DNA from: Negativicutes bacterium
GTDB taxonomy: Bacteria > Bacillota > Negativicutes > UBA1444
Reading direction: 5' to 3'
Assembly (NCBI GenBank): GCA_963665275.2
Contig: CAXXIN010000013.1
Coordinates: forward strand, 192,001-256,000
Length of the DNA: 64,000 nucleotides
The notes below the pieces were generated by a model that did no database searches, had not been told where the DNA came from, and saw only the letters and a program-made list of their open reading frames with translations. Positions 20,290 to 29,844 of the stretch are shown here, piece after piece. The position numbers were made by a program, and so were the translations under genes. Every line of letters begins with the position of its first letter. The stretch's first letter is position 1.

Positions 20290-21059
20290 GCCGAATGTTT
20301 TCCCAACAGGACCCAGGAAGGAAATTGATGGGCATCGAAAATCGTGAAGTAGTCAAACACAGGCGGGTCAAAATCAACGTCCACACTGGGTTCGCCGACA
20401 AATTTCGCTCCATATTTATAGTAAGCCAACATCATGGTCGACATCTTCTTGAGGACATGACGTTGACTAATTTCGCTAATAGCAGTCGCGGCAAATTCCT
20501 CCGGCTGCAAATCGCTCCTTTTTTTCGGTTGAATGCCGAAGTTGCTGTAAATCGCATTATTCCCCCGCAGATAGGCGGATATTTCGGGCAAGCTCGCCCG
20601 AGCTTCCGTCGGCAGTGTGGTAAGCCCAATCAAATAGTCGTGCGGCATCAGCCGCAGATATTCGCCTACCCCCGCAAAAAGCAACCGAAACACGACCGTG
20701 TTCCGGTAAGCAGCATCGATGCAGGCCCGCCCCAGTTCCAGGACCCGGCTGCGATTCTCACTTAATTGACCGATATCAAACCATTGTTCGGAATAAAACC
20801 CGCTACCAACCGGCAACCGTCCGCCTGGCAAAAAACGCAATGTCGCCACGCAGCAATTCCAGTTTTCATCACGGACAAGCAAATGCTCGCACAGTTCATC
20901 GTAAGCATCAGATTCGCCGGCATCCGCCTGAAATTCCCCGTTGTTCCCGGAATAATTCAGTTCATCGCAAAAGACACGATGCCGCAGGCAGAAGGTCTGT
21001 TGTTTATCGGCAGGGCTTTGCGCCAGTTTCAAGCTGTACTTTCCTTCGCGAATTTCCAT
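20286..21059 (-). CDS. GNAT N-acyltransferase, OlsB-like
   Basis: LRHRVF.DEL, ESDAYDELCEHLLV, GFYSEQWFD, LELGRACIDAAYR, PSVDVDF. Confidence 0.82.
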   Translation of the reverse strand: MEIREGKYSLKLAQSPADKQQTFCLRHRVFCDELNYSGNNGEFQADAGESDAYDELCEHLLVRDENWNCCVATLRFLPGGRLPVGSGFYSEQWFDIGQLSENRSRVLELGRACIDAAYRNTVVFRLLFAGVGEYLRLMPHDYLIGLTTLPTEARASLPEISAYLRGNNAIYSNFGIQPKKRSDLQPEEFAATAISEISQRHVLKKMSTMMLAYYKYGAKFVGEPSVDVDFDPPVFDYFTIFDAHQFPSWVLLGKHSA

Positions 21060-21106
21060 CCGTTCATCTTCTCCTTCCCTATATTCCTTACGCTCTATTG
21101 ATGTTT

Positions 21107-21595
21107 TTATGCAGAAATCGCCCTTTGACCAGGCAACGCCAAATGGTAGAGCAGTTTGTCAAAAAATGCGCCTTGTGAATGCTCAATTTTCCGTCGCGCC
21201 TCCGGTAGCGGGAAAAAGGCCAACCGATCAAACTCCGGAAACTCTTGCATAACTCCTGACCTCGCCGGCCACTCCATGCTAAAAAGGTTACTGCTAAGCA
21301 GTGACACGTCGCAGTTACCGGCAAAAGCCCAGATATGAATGTGTTTTTTCCCTATCGTGACATGCCCCAGCGATAGCAGATCGCACACCGGGGACCCCAG
21401 CCCTGTTTCTTCCGCAAACTCGCGCATCGCCGTTTCCAAGAGCGACTCATCTGATTCCGTCTGCCCTTTCGGGATGCTCCAAACCCCTTCGTCACGCTTA
21501 GCATAATACGGACCGCCTGGGTGTCCCAGCAAAACTTCCGGTACGCCTTGATTGATTTTGTACATCAATAACCCTGCGCTGATTACCGGTTTCAT
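21107..21595 (-). CDS. NUDIX hydrolase
   Basis: HPGGP, WSIPKG, AMREFAEETG. Confidence 0.92.
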   Translation of the reverse strand: MKPVISAGLLMYKINQGVPEVLLGHPGGPYYAKRDEGVWSIPKGQTESDESLLETAMREFAEETGLGSPVCDLLSLGHVTIGKKHIHIWAFAGNCDVSLLSSNLFSMEWPARSGVMQEFPEFDRLAFFPLPEARRKIEHSQGAFFDKLLYHLALPGQRAISA

Positions 21596-21836
21596 CCGCC
21601 ACCTCCCTCTACGCGAATAGACTTATCGCCATTATGGCTTCCTTAGCTTTAACTATGCCACAAACAAATTCGCCTTGTGTTAACACGAGATAAAAATTAC
21701 GTAAAATGTAACTTGTTCTTTTCATTTCTTTAACATTCACAGTGGCCGCAAACTGTATGATAGGCCCTGTTGTTTCACTGGAAAGCACCCGTCTACCTGA
21801 TGCTGTTTTTTCCCTATGAGGTAAAGCCGTTGCCCA

Positions 21837-21892
21837 TGGACTAGAAAAGCAGAACCGCCGATCTCAATCGGCGGTTCTGCTTTTCTAGTCCA
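21837..21892. terminator. Perfect 26-bp inverted repeat, probable bidirectional terminator
   Basis: TGGACTAGAAAAGCAGAACCGCCGAT-CTCA-exact reverse complement. Confidence 0.75.
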
Positions 21893-21894
21893 AT

Positions 21895-22010
21895 CTATTC
21901 TTTGGCAGCTTCTTCTACCAGATACTTTTTAAGCGCCATGTTGATAATTCTTGTTTTTTCGCCTTTGCCACCCTTGTCCGCGTATTTTTTGATGGCTTTT
22001 ACTAGATCCT
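21895..22010 (-). pseudogene. Frameshifted ribbon-helix-helix protein remnant
   Basis: Reads DLVKAIKKYADKGGKGEK then, after a 1-nt shift in an A-run, RIINMALKKYLVEE; no start found. Confidence 0.45.
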
Positions 22011-22089
22011 GCGTTTTTTTATTTGTTCGCAACTTTTGATCTGATTCCGAATCATCTCAACCGGTTTTACAGGCAAAAATCGCACAGTT

Positions 22090-23625
22090 TCACTTTATCA
22101 TTTCAGCGCCAAGATCTTTGGCCAAAGACAATCGCCGCAGTTGCGGCGACTTCTTATGTTGATGGCCGCCCATCCGTGACAGGATGTCATCCAATAAGGT
22201 TATGGCTTGCAGCAGATAGGGGCCCTGGTTCAGCATCACGCACTCCGCCCGTTCCGACATGGCTGCGTCCGTTATCTCGGCCCGAGAAGGCGTCCCGTAC
22301 TTCACGAGATTCTCGAGCACCTGCGTCGCCCAGATCACCGGCACATGGGCGGCTTCGCTGATCCAGAGAATCTCTTCCTGCAGTTCGGCCAGTCGCTCAT
22401 ACCCCACTTCCATCGCCAGATCGCCACGGGCGATCATGAGCGCGATCGGATGCCGGGAGGCAGCCCGGACGATGATTTCCGGCAGATTCTCGACCGCGTC
22501 GAATGTCTCAATTTTCGCCATGATCGGCAAACGGCGCCGGGTATTCCCTGTGCGTCGGGCCAGTTCTTCCTGCAGCGCCGAGATATCTTCGGCGGACCTG
22601 ACAAACGAAACCCCCACTGCATCGGCGGCTGTGACAATGAAATCCAGATCCTGCCGGTCCTTGTCTGTAATCGCAGGCATCGTCGTTCGACCGGAATGCA
22701 GATGCAGCCCCTTACCGCTCTTTAACTTCACCGGTTTCATCTTCGCGGTTGCGAGTACTTTCAGCAGGACACCTGTCATGAAGAGCGCCTCGACCCTGCA
22801 GGTGATCTTCCCGTCGTCGATATGGACCGAGTCACCCACTTGCAACGACTCCAAGGCTTCCGGCCAGTTGCAGTTGATCGTAGCGACCGCCCCTTCGCGA
22901 GCCTCCGGCTCGCCGTCCGTAAGAACGATCAAGCTTCCAGTCTCGACTTTGGGATTTTCACCGGATAGTCTCACCTGATCGATCCGGATCTTGGGACCGG
23001 CGAGTTCCATGAAAACTTTGCATGGCAGGCCGAGTTCCTGCTCCGCCTGCCGGACGTTGGCCAGCATGGCGCCCCATATCTCCCTGTCTTCATGGGCGCA
23101 GTTGATCCTAGCGATATTCATGCCGTTGAACATCAGCTGCCGGACCAGCGGATAATCCGTCGCACATTGAGCAGAAAGCGTCACCATGATCCTGACCTTG
23201 CGGTCAGGCGGCTTGGGACCAAATATCAGGTTCGTCTGACGGTTGAGACTCCATTCTCCCTTGTAAAACTTTTCCGGCCGGGGATGCCGGATCCCCACTT
23301 CAGCCCGACGCCCCACAATGCAACTCAATGAAGCGATGACTGCGTCCAGATTGGCGATAGCCCCGGCTTCGCTGCGGCCCAGGGAAGAAAGGCCGAGCGG
23401 TTTGAGCGCCCGTTGCAGTTCACGCAGGTCGCGTCGCCGCAACGCAAGATAAAAAGCCAGATTCAGAGCGCTGGGAATGAAAGACAGCCGCTCAATGCCG
23501 GGATACCATCCGCGGAATCTCGCCAACCCTTCCGTGTAAACAGTCTCCCGTAGCTCTAGCAGAGCTGCCAATAACAGTTCCGGATTGTGCGCAAATGGCT
23601 TGTCGTTCACGTTATCCCTCCGCAC
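22090..23625 (-). CDS. Pyruvate kinase family protein (N-terminal extension, no C-terminal allosteric domain)
   Basis: ARINCAH, AKIET, IARGDL, ATQVLE, PSRAEITD, AECVMLN. Confidence 0.88.
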   Translation of the reverse strand: MRRDNVNDKPFAHNPELLLAALLELRETVYTEGLARFRGWYPGIERLSFIPSALNLAFYLALRRRDLRELQRALKPLGLSSLGRSEAGAIANLDAVIASLSCIVGRRAEVGIRHPRPEKFYKGEWSLNRQTNLIFGPKPPDRKVRIMVTLSAQCATDYPLVRQLMFNGMNIARINCAHEDREIWGAMLANVRQAEQELGLPCKVFMELAGPKIRIDQVRLSGENPKVETGSLIVLTDGEPEAREGAVATINCNWPEALESLQVGDSVHIDDGKITCRVEALFMTGVLLKVLATAKMKPVKLKSGKGLHLHSGRTTMPAITDKDRQDLDFIVTAADAVGVSFVRSAEDISALQEELARRTGNTRRRLPIMAKIETFDAVENLPEIIVRAASRHPIALMIARGDLAMEVGYERLAELQEEILWISEAAHVPVIWATQVLENLVKYGTPSRAEITDAAMSERAECVMLNQGPYLLQAITLLDDILSRMGGHQHKKSPQLRRLSLAKDLGAEMIK

Positions 23626-23626
23626 C

Positions 23627-25186
23627 TTACTCTTTGAGCCATCGTTTCAAGGCTTGGTAAAACTCCTCCCGCTCGTCTTCAAATCGTTGCCGGGCATCGT
23701 AACCGCGCCGGGCTTGCCACCCCGCCAGAGCACCGATTTCTCGGGCGAGCTCCGTATTCTGATTTTCCTTAACCATTTTTGGGATTACACTGCTGCCCTG
23801 GATGGTATCCTGGATTTCTCCCAAACACTCCTGCAACTGTTTTAGTTTCCCGGCCAGTCGCACACTCTTGCGAGATCCCCCGCACTGGACCTGCCGTTCC
23901 AGTATGTAACGCGCCTTCTTGCCACGGATTCGAATCGCATGCATCGCGCTTGCATCCGAAATATCGACTTCTTCTGCCAGCTTCCCGAACTTCTTCATCC
24001 AGCTGCCCAGACGCCGTACCGAATAATCCCGCCATTCGGTATTGAGCATCCCGATATGCGTTACTTTTCCGACGCCCCAGGCCCAAAACGCCAGCAGTTC
24101 CGCCGTCATTTTCCCGCTTTCGACATCTTTATAAAAAGGCTCCGACACTTTTTTTCTTTGCGACTGTAAATATTGCGACAAGAGGACGTGGCTGCTTTCG
24201 ATCCCCAAGTACACCGTCGCCGCGTTCCACTCGGCCTGCAGCATGTCCAATTCCCGAATCCCGGCCATGCGCCGACTCCAGGTTCGCAGAACCTCTTTCC
24301 AGTTCTCCCCCTCAGTCTTCGAATATAGGGGCGCTGCGAAAGAAAGACGAGATCGTAATTTCCGCAGGGCAATACGCAAATCGTGCACTTTTTCTGGACT
24401 GTCAGGGTTTGAATAATAGGCTGCCAGAGCGTTAAACATAATTCCCACTGCTTCGGCGAGAAATGTTTCCACCGATGATGGCCAGATATTGTCGGCTGCG
24501 CCTTTGTGCACGGGCGTCAGTTCCGCCAGACGCAAGCCCCGCCGATATTTGCTTTTCGCCTCCGGCATCACGGGAAAACAGCTTGACAATTCCGCCCCGA
24601 ACGCCAACAAATCGTATGGAGTTCCTTCCTCAAGCCCGATTTCCGCTTCGAACAGTTCCTCCACTTTGTCTCCGGCACTGATGCGGCCTTTGTCCAGCGT
24701 CAAGCGCAACCGCCAGTCGTCCGCCGGGGAATACACACGGGCGCTCCACCGGGTGAACTCCATCTTGAACAAGGGAATCAGTCTGGGTTGATCCCCCTGC
24801 AGAATTTTTTTGATCTTTTCAGCGCCCGGCATCCGGTCAAACACTTCCAGGCCAACTTCGGCGCCCCGCTGGGACGTCTTCCACTCCCGCCGTTGGTGAT
24901 ACTCGCCGCCGCGCCCCGTTCTCGCCAAGGTGGCGGTCCCTTCGTTTTCTTCCATGCGGATGCAGAAAATGTAACCCGCCTTCCACAATGTTCGACTCGG
25001 CGTGTCATAATAGGTCGTCTCCAGTGTTTGTTGCGACCTTTCCGACCCCTCCACCAGCAAGCCTCGCAGCCAGGCCGACTGGGGCAGGGCCTCCCATATA
25101 GACCGGTCCAGCAACCGCAAATTCAGGTCTGTTGCCAATGTTCTGCTCATCGTTCCCTCCGCGCCGTTAGCCGATTCCTTCGGCAA
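23627..25186 (-). CDS. CYTH + CHAD domain protein
   Basis: TYYDTP..L, RREW, LDKG, E.E; CHAD VHDLRIALRKLRS, HAIRIRGKKARY, LQECLGEIQD. Confidence 0.88.
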   Translation of the reverse strand: MPKESANGAEGTMSRTLATDLNLRLLDRSIWEALPQSAWLRGLLVEGSERSQQTLETTYYDTPSRTLWKAGYIFCIRMEENEGTATLARTGRGGEYHQRREWKTSQRGAEVGLEVFDRMPGAEKIKKILQGDQPRLIPLFKMEFTRWSARVYSPADDWRLRLTLDKGRISAGDKVEELFEAEIGLEEGTPYDLLAFGAELSSCFPVMPEAKSKYRRGLRLAELTPVHKGAADNIWPSSVETFLAEAVGIMFNALAAYYSNPDSPEKVHDLRIALRKLRSRLSFAAPLYSKTEGENWKEVLRTWSRRMAGIRELDMLQAEWNAATVYLGIESSHVLLSQYLQSQRKKVSEPFYKDVESGKMTAELLAFWAWGVGKVTHIGMLNTEWRDYSVRRLGSWMKKFGKLAEEVDISDASAMHAIRIRGKKARYILERQVQCGGSRKSVRLAGKLKQLQECLGEIQDTIQGSSVIPKMVKENQNTELAREIGALAGWQARRGYDARQRFEDEREEFYQALKRWLKE

Positions 25187-25222
25187 TATTGGCTAATAAA
25201 CCACGGCTGCCAACCCCGTCGC

Positions 25223-26047
25223 CTAATGCATTTGCCACAGACTCAAAAAAATCTCCACCAGAATGAGGATGATGATTCCCCATTCCAATAGAGTCGCGCG
25301 CCGGGCATGTACCATCCCGCTGAACACTTCTGCGATACCCATGAGCGTGTCGGATTTATGCCGAATCACATCGAAACGCGACTTGAGTTCATAAAGCTGA
25401 TACATCCGTGAAAAAATCCAAGCCGCCTGTTCATCTTCCCAGGTGATATCCGGTTCGTCCAGTAGCTGAAGGGACGAAACCGATTTCAGCTTGTGATCCA
25501 GAATGCGGCCGAACAAACTGGACAACGTTGCGTCCGACGAGGACAACCTTCCCTGTTTCAACTGTTCAATCGTTATTTCCATTTCATCCAGCAGCTCATC
25601 TACCTGACTTTCGATGGCTTCAAAAGCGATGGATTTGGCCAAGACAGTGGTGACGATTTCCTCGTGAACCGAGGGCGGCGTTGTCAGATGAACCGCATCG
25701 TTGGTCACTTTCAGACTTGCCGCTTCCCATTCGATCTGGTAATCTTCCTGAAAAAGCTTTTTCAGGCCCGTCGACGCCGGAAACCCATGCACGTGGAGGG
25801 ATTCTAGGAACAACGGGATTTCTCCTGGCGCAAAATCGACGAATACGATACACCCGAAATGAAAAAGGTACACCCTCTGTTCCGCAGCATGACCGGGAAA
25901 CAGGCGCCCTAAATATTCATCTTTTAATAGCAGCGGTTCCTCCCACTTGGGTTTCTTTTTGCTGCCGACCGCTTGGGCAATGCGCAATACCGGCAGCTCA
26001 TGGTGAGCTACCACCGCCTGGAGCCTGGTAATGGACAAGAGTATCAC
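25223..26047 (-). CDS. RMD1/DUF155 family protein
   Basis: LFHFGCIVF, VLAKSIAFE..E, LLDEPDITWE, ELKSRF, LEWGIIILI. Confidence 0.88.
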   Translation of the reverse strand: MILLSITRLQAVVAHHELPVLRIAQAVGSKKKPKWEEPLLLKDEYLGRLFPGHAAEQRVYLFHFGCIVFVDFAPGEIPLFLESLHVHGFPASTGLKKLFQEDYQIEWEAASLKVTNDAVHLTTPPSVHEEIVTTVLAKSIAFEAIESQVDELLDEMEITIEQLKQGRLSSSDATLSSLFGRILDHKLKSVSSLQLLDEPDITWEDEQAAWIFSRMYQLYELKSRFDVIRHKSDTLMGIAEVFSGMVHARRATLLEWGIIILILVEIFLSLWQMH

Positions 26048-26227
26048 CCCAACTTCCTATATTTATCATGCTATCATCAATATGCACAGCATCATGATAC
26101 CGTTTGGATGAAATTCGTCGGGGCATACGCCACCAGATCCAGCCCGACAGTCCCATGGATATGCGCAAGATCTCATCGATATGAAGCCAGTTGGTCGAAG
26201 TATCCTTTCAACCTGTTTATTCTACCA

Positions 26228-27490
26228 TCAACCGATCTCCCGCAGAAACTCCTTCACTACGGCCGCGAAAATCGTCGGTCGTTCGATCTGATGCAAATGC
26301 GCCGCTTGCGGGATGACCGCCATCCTTGCATCAGGAAACGCCAGCTGGAAATCCTTCACTGTCGCCACTCCCGCTTCATCCCGGTCGCCGCACGTCAAGA
26401 GAACCGGCTCTGCGATCTCCGGCAACCGCTCTTTCAGGTCAAAGTCTTTCAGTTTGCCGGTGATCGTGAATTCACTCGGCCCCCACATCGTGTGGTAAAC
26501 GTCCTCATTTAGCCGGGCGCTCGCCGCCTCCAGAAAACCAGGCCAAGGAGAGAGCAGGCAAAGATGCCGCTCGTAATAAGCCATCACTGCCGCCTGATAT
26601 GCTTCGCCATAGTCACCGGCAGCTTCACCCTGCTCGATCGCCGCCCGGACTTCCGCAGGCATCCGGGAGATATTTCGCCGTTGATCGGCGTCCCAGGCAG
26701 GCGAAGATAGATAGGGCGCACACAAAACCACCCCTTTGATCCCGGCCGGTCGCTCCGCCAGCAAATACGCGCAGGCCAGCGCGCAACCCCACGAAAAACC
26801 CATCAATACCACTTCGTCCAGTTTCAGCGCCTGCCGCACCTCCGCCAGTTCCGCAACATACTGCTCCACCGAATAAAAGTCCGCATCAGCAGCCCGCTCA
26901 CTGTTGCCGCAACCCAGCTGGTCATAAAAATATACCGGTCGGTCTGCCCACAGCGCCTCCATCCCTTCGCTCATACTGAGGAAACCGGGACCGCCGTGCA
27001 GCACGAGCAGCGGCGTTTTTCGCAGTTCCTCCCCGTACACCGAAAACCAGATCTTCCCGTTCGCCGTCTCCACGAATCCTTCCCGCATCATGGGTTCTTC
27101 CATCCTCTTTAGACTTACAAGCTTATCGACAATTTCGACATCAGCCGGACAGAAAGAATAGTCCTGAAGTTCCGCAACCGAAACCCATTTGATTTGCTCA
27201 TGAACATTTACCGATATTTCTCCGCCAACAATTTCGGTTCTGAAAAAAGTGAATACCAATTCGTTGCCCGCAAGAGCATAGCTCGTCTGGCCAAATTCAT
27301 CAATCACCGTTATTTCAACACCCAGTTCTTCCTCGCATTCTCGGATAATGCACTCTGCCAGTGTCTCTCCCGGTTCGAGCTTCCCTCCAGGGAACTCCCA
27401 CAACAGCGGCAACGAATCATCGTTCGCCCGTTGGCAAATCAGATACTTGTCATCCTGATGAAAAATCGCGGCAGTAACATGGATTTTCAA
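26228..27490 (-). CDS. MutT-like NUDIX domain fused to proline iminopeptidase-family hydrolase
   Basis: WEFPGGKLEPGE...RECEEELG then LHGGPG, YDQLGCGNS, GFSWG, GDRDE, H. Confidence 0.85.
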   Translation of the reverse strand: MKIHVTAAIFHQDDKYLICQRANDDSLPLLWEFPGGKLEPGETLAECIIRECEEELGVEITVIDEFGQTSYALAGNELVFTFFRTEIVGGEISVNVHEQIKWVSVAELQDYSFCPADVEIVDKLVSLKRMEEPMMREGFVETANGKIWFSVYGEELRKTPLLVLHGGPGFLSMSEGMEALWADRPVYFYDQLGCGNSERAADADFYSVEQYVAELAEVRQALKLDEVVLMGFSWGCALACAYLLAERPAGIKGVVLCAPYLSSPAWDADQRRNISRMPAEVRAAIEQGEAAGDYGEAYQAAVMAYYERHLCLLSPWPGFLEAASARLNEDVYHTMWGPSEFTITGKLKDFDLKERLPEIAEPVLLTCGDRDEAGVATVKDFQLAFPDARMAVIPQAAHLHQIERPTIFAAVVKEFLREIG

Positions 27491-27574
27491 ACAAATTCAC
27501 CCTCCCGGAAATAGTAGTCAAGCCAATTCATAACCACTAGTTTCTACGTCACAGCACAGAATCCTCTGGCAAAC

Positions 27575-28486
27575 TTATGATTCTTGTGACAGTTTGTTCG
27601 CCTGCGTCAATCGCTGGGTCGCAAAGGCAATGAACGCCCGCAGCGCCGGCGATATCCATTTATCCTTGTGGTACAACAGTTGGGATGTCACGGCGAAAGC
27701 CGGTCCGGCCCAAGCGAGCATCGCCAGCTTCCCAGCCTCTACTTCGGCCTCGACGGTTGCTCGCGGCAAAAAACCGAACCCCCAGTTGTTGGCGACGAAC
27801 TTCTTGATGACTTCCAGACTGCTGATCGACATAACGGACCCCGGCCGCACCTGGGACTGCAGCAAAATACTTTCGAACAACAGATGATAGCTGCAGGATT
27901 CCTCCGTCAGGATCAGCGGCTGCCCCTGCAAATCTTTGGGCAACACGCGTTTTTTGCGGGTCAGTGGATGACCGGGCGCCGCGATAACCACCATCGGTTC
28001 CTCCGCTAAAATCTGCGTCACAATATCCCCGGCAACACAGCGATTATCCAGCACGATCGCCACATCCACGACATTTTTGCGCAAGTGGTTGTAAAAATCA
28101 TCGCTGGTATCAAAGCGGATTTTCACCTCCACCTCTGGATAAAGCGCACGAAAATCGATCAATACATCTGTCAGGCGGTAGATGCACAGAGACTCCGCCG
28201 TCCCCAACTCGATCACCCCTTTGGGCGAAACCGAGCTGGAAATAACCTCTTTGGCTTCGTTCGATAAATTGAGCATCTTTTCCGCATAAGCATAAAACTG
28301 CCGCCCGTCCAACGTCAATTTGATTTGCTTGCCGATGCGTTCAAACAGCTGGGTTTGCAGCTCCTCTTCCAGCGTCTGAATATGAATGGTGATCGTGGAT
28401 TGGGCATAGCCGAGCGTAGCTGCCGCCCGCGTAAAATTCAGTTGTTTCGCTGCCTCCACGAACGTTGCCAACTGTCGAAAATCCAT
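27575..28486 (-). CDS. LysR family transcriptional regulator
   Basis: MDFRQL..F...NFTRAA..LGYAQST HTH; divergent from QueG-like gene. Confidence 0.94.
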   Translation of the reverse strand: MDFRQLATFVEAAKQLNFTRAAATLGYAQSTITIHIQTLEEELQTQLFERIGKQIKLTLDGRQFYAYAEKMLNLSNEAKEVISSSVSPKGVIELGTAESLCIYRLTDVLIDFRALYPEVEVKIRFDTSDDFYNHLRKNVVDVAIVLDNRCVAGDIVTQILAEEPMVVIAAPGHPLTRKKRVLPKDLQGQPLILTEESCSYHLLFESILLQSQVRPGSVMSISSLEVIKKFVANNWGFGFLPRATVEAEVEAGKLAMLAWAGPAFAVTSQLLYHKDKWISPALRAFIAFATQRLTQANKLSQES

Positions 28487-28628
28487 GTGAGCCACTCCCA
28501 TCAATCGCTTTTTTCGAATCATACCATCTAAACTATTCATTTTATCTATTGTTTTTCCCATGATATGATAAATCCCGAAAGAAGTCTACCCCCTCTAACA
28601 AAGACTTCGTGAAGGAGGAACGATTCGG

Positions 28629-29318
28629 ATGAAAAACATGGATGCAACGGCACTCAAACAGCAGGTGACACAGATGGGCGCGGACCTGTGCGGGATCGCG
28701 CCTGTCGATCGGTTCGCCCATGCGCCGACCGGGTTTCATCCGCAAGACATTCTTCCCGCCTGCCAAAGCATCATCGTAGTCGCAGTGCGCTTTCCGGCCA
28801 GTACGCTGACGGCGGGGAAATCACAGGCGGCCTACACCTTCGTGCGAAATCGGTTGGCGGACCAAGTGGACCGGATCACATTCCGTCTGGCGGAAGAACT
28901 GGAAGCCTCAGGGTATGCAGCCATCCCGATTCCCTCGACCGAACCCTATGAATCTTGGGATACGGAGCGGCGCCACGGACAAGGCATCCTGTCGCTGAAA
29001 CACGCCGCTGTGCTGGCAGGGCTGGGGAAAATGGGCAAAAATACGCTGCTGGTGAATCGCCGGTTCGGCAACCTCCTCTGGCTCGGCGCGCTCCTCGTCG
29101 ATGCCGATCTGGCGGCGGATGCTGTCGCACCCTATGCCACCTGTCCCGCCTCTTGCCGCATCTGCCTGGATTCCTGTCCGGCCCAGGCGCTGGACGGAAT
29201 CAGCATCGAGCAAAAAAAATGCCGCAGCGTATCCGGTCAATATACCGAAGGCGGCGGCGGGGTATATACCTGCAATATGTGCCGGAAAGTCTGCCCGAAT
29301 ATGCAGGGGGTGAACTAG
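28629..29318 (+). CDS. Epoxyqueuosine reductase-like (QueG-like) Fe-S protein
   Basis: GADLCGIA, SLKHAAVLAGLG..GKN.LL, CxxCxxCxxxCP, CNMCRKVCP. Confidence 0.85.
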   Translation: MKNMDATALKQQVTQMGADLCGIAPVDRFAHAPTGFHPQDILPACQSIIVVAVRFPASTLTAGKSQAAYTFVRNRLADQVDRITFRLAEELEASGYAAIPIPSTEPYESWDTERRHGQGILSLKHAAVLAGLGKMGKNTLLVNRRFGNLLWLGALLVDADLAADAVAPYATCPASCRICLDSCPAQALDGISIEQKKCRSVSGQYTEGGGGVYTCNMCRKVCPNMQGVN

Positions 29319-29319
29319 C

Positions 29320-29607
29320 ATGGAGCCATCAGCCCTGAGAATTCGTTCTGCCAATGAAGAGGATGTCGCAGCTATCTACCGCCTGCAATTTTGCGAAGGC
29401 TGGCCCCTCGAGCGTAGCGAAATCGCCCGCAACCTGCGGCAGCTATATGTCATGGAAAAAGAAACCCGGCTCATCGGCGTGCATCTGGCGGCGAAAAACA
29501 GAACGCCCCTGTATGCCCCGGCGGTCCATCCCCTGTTTCCGCAAAAAGCGGTCGAAGAAGTGTTGCTGCGCGGCGTGAAGCTGCTGGAGGCAGGAGGGCA
29601 CGGGTAA
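29320..29607 (+). CDS. Small GNAT-like hypothetical protein
   Basis: IRSANEEDV..IY start, VHPLFP motif; coupled to upstream gene. Confidence 0.55.
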   Translation: MEPSALRIRSANEEDVAAIYRLQFCEGWPLERSEIARNLRQLYVMEKETRLIGVHLAAKNRTPLYAPAVHPLFPQKAVEEVLLRGVKLLEAGGHG

Positions 29608-29721
29608 AAGATGAATAGCCGGGTAGCTCAACTGCCTATCAACTGCACCCACACTTTGCGGGCCCGGGGTCCGTCAATTTCGCAAAAGTATATCCCCTGC
29701 CACGTTCCCAGACATAGCCGC
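29341..29721. repeat. Segmental duplication, copy A (copy B at 34081-34360)
   Basis: Long near-identical stretches, e.g. CCCCTGTATGCCCCGGCGGTCCATCCCCTGTTTCCGCAAAAAGCGGTCGAAGAAG. Confidence 0.9.
29628..29721 (-). pseudogene. 3' fragment of yjbQ
   Basis: Matches end of the yjbQ at 34267-34656 ([17 protein letters not shown]) with an extra base; 5' part absent. Confidence 0.8.
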
Positions 29722-29844
29722 ATTTCTGCAACTCCTTGGTCTTTAATGTGCGTTCAATGCGGCGTTCCGCATCCATAAGCGTGCGCCAGATATTTGCAGA
29801 TTGCGATATCCCCGGCGATAAACTTCCTGCCGTTCGCGCCAAGT

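Noticed and set aside
26060-26225. Possible gene remnant between the RMD1 and MutT-Pip genes
   Set aside because: Coding-like but broken by stops and too short to assign.
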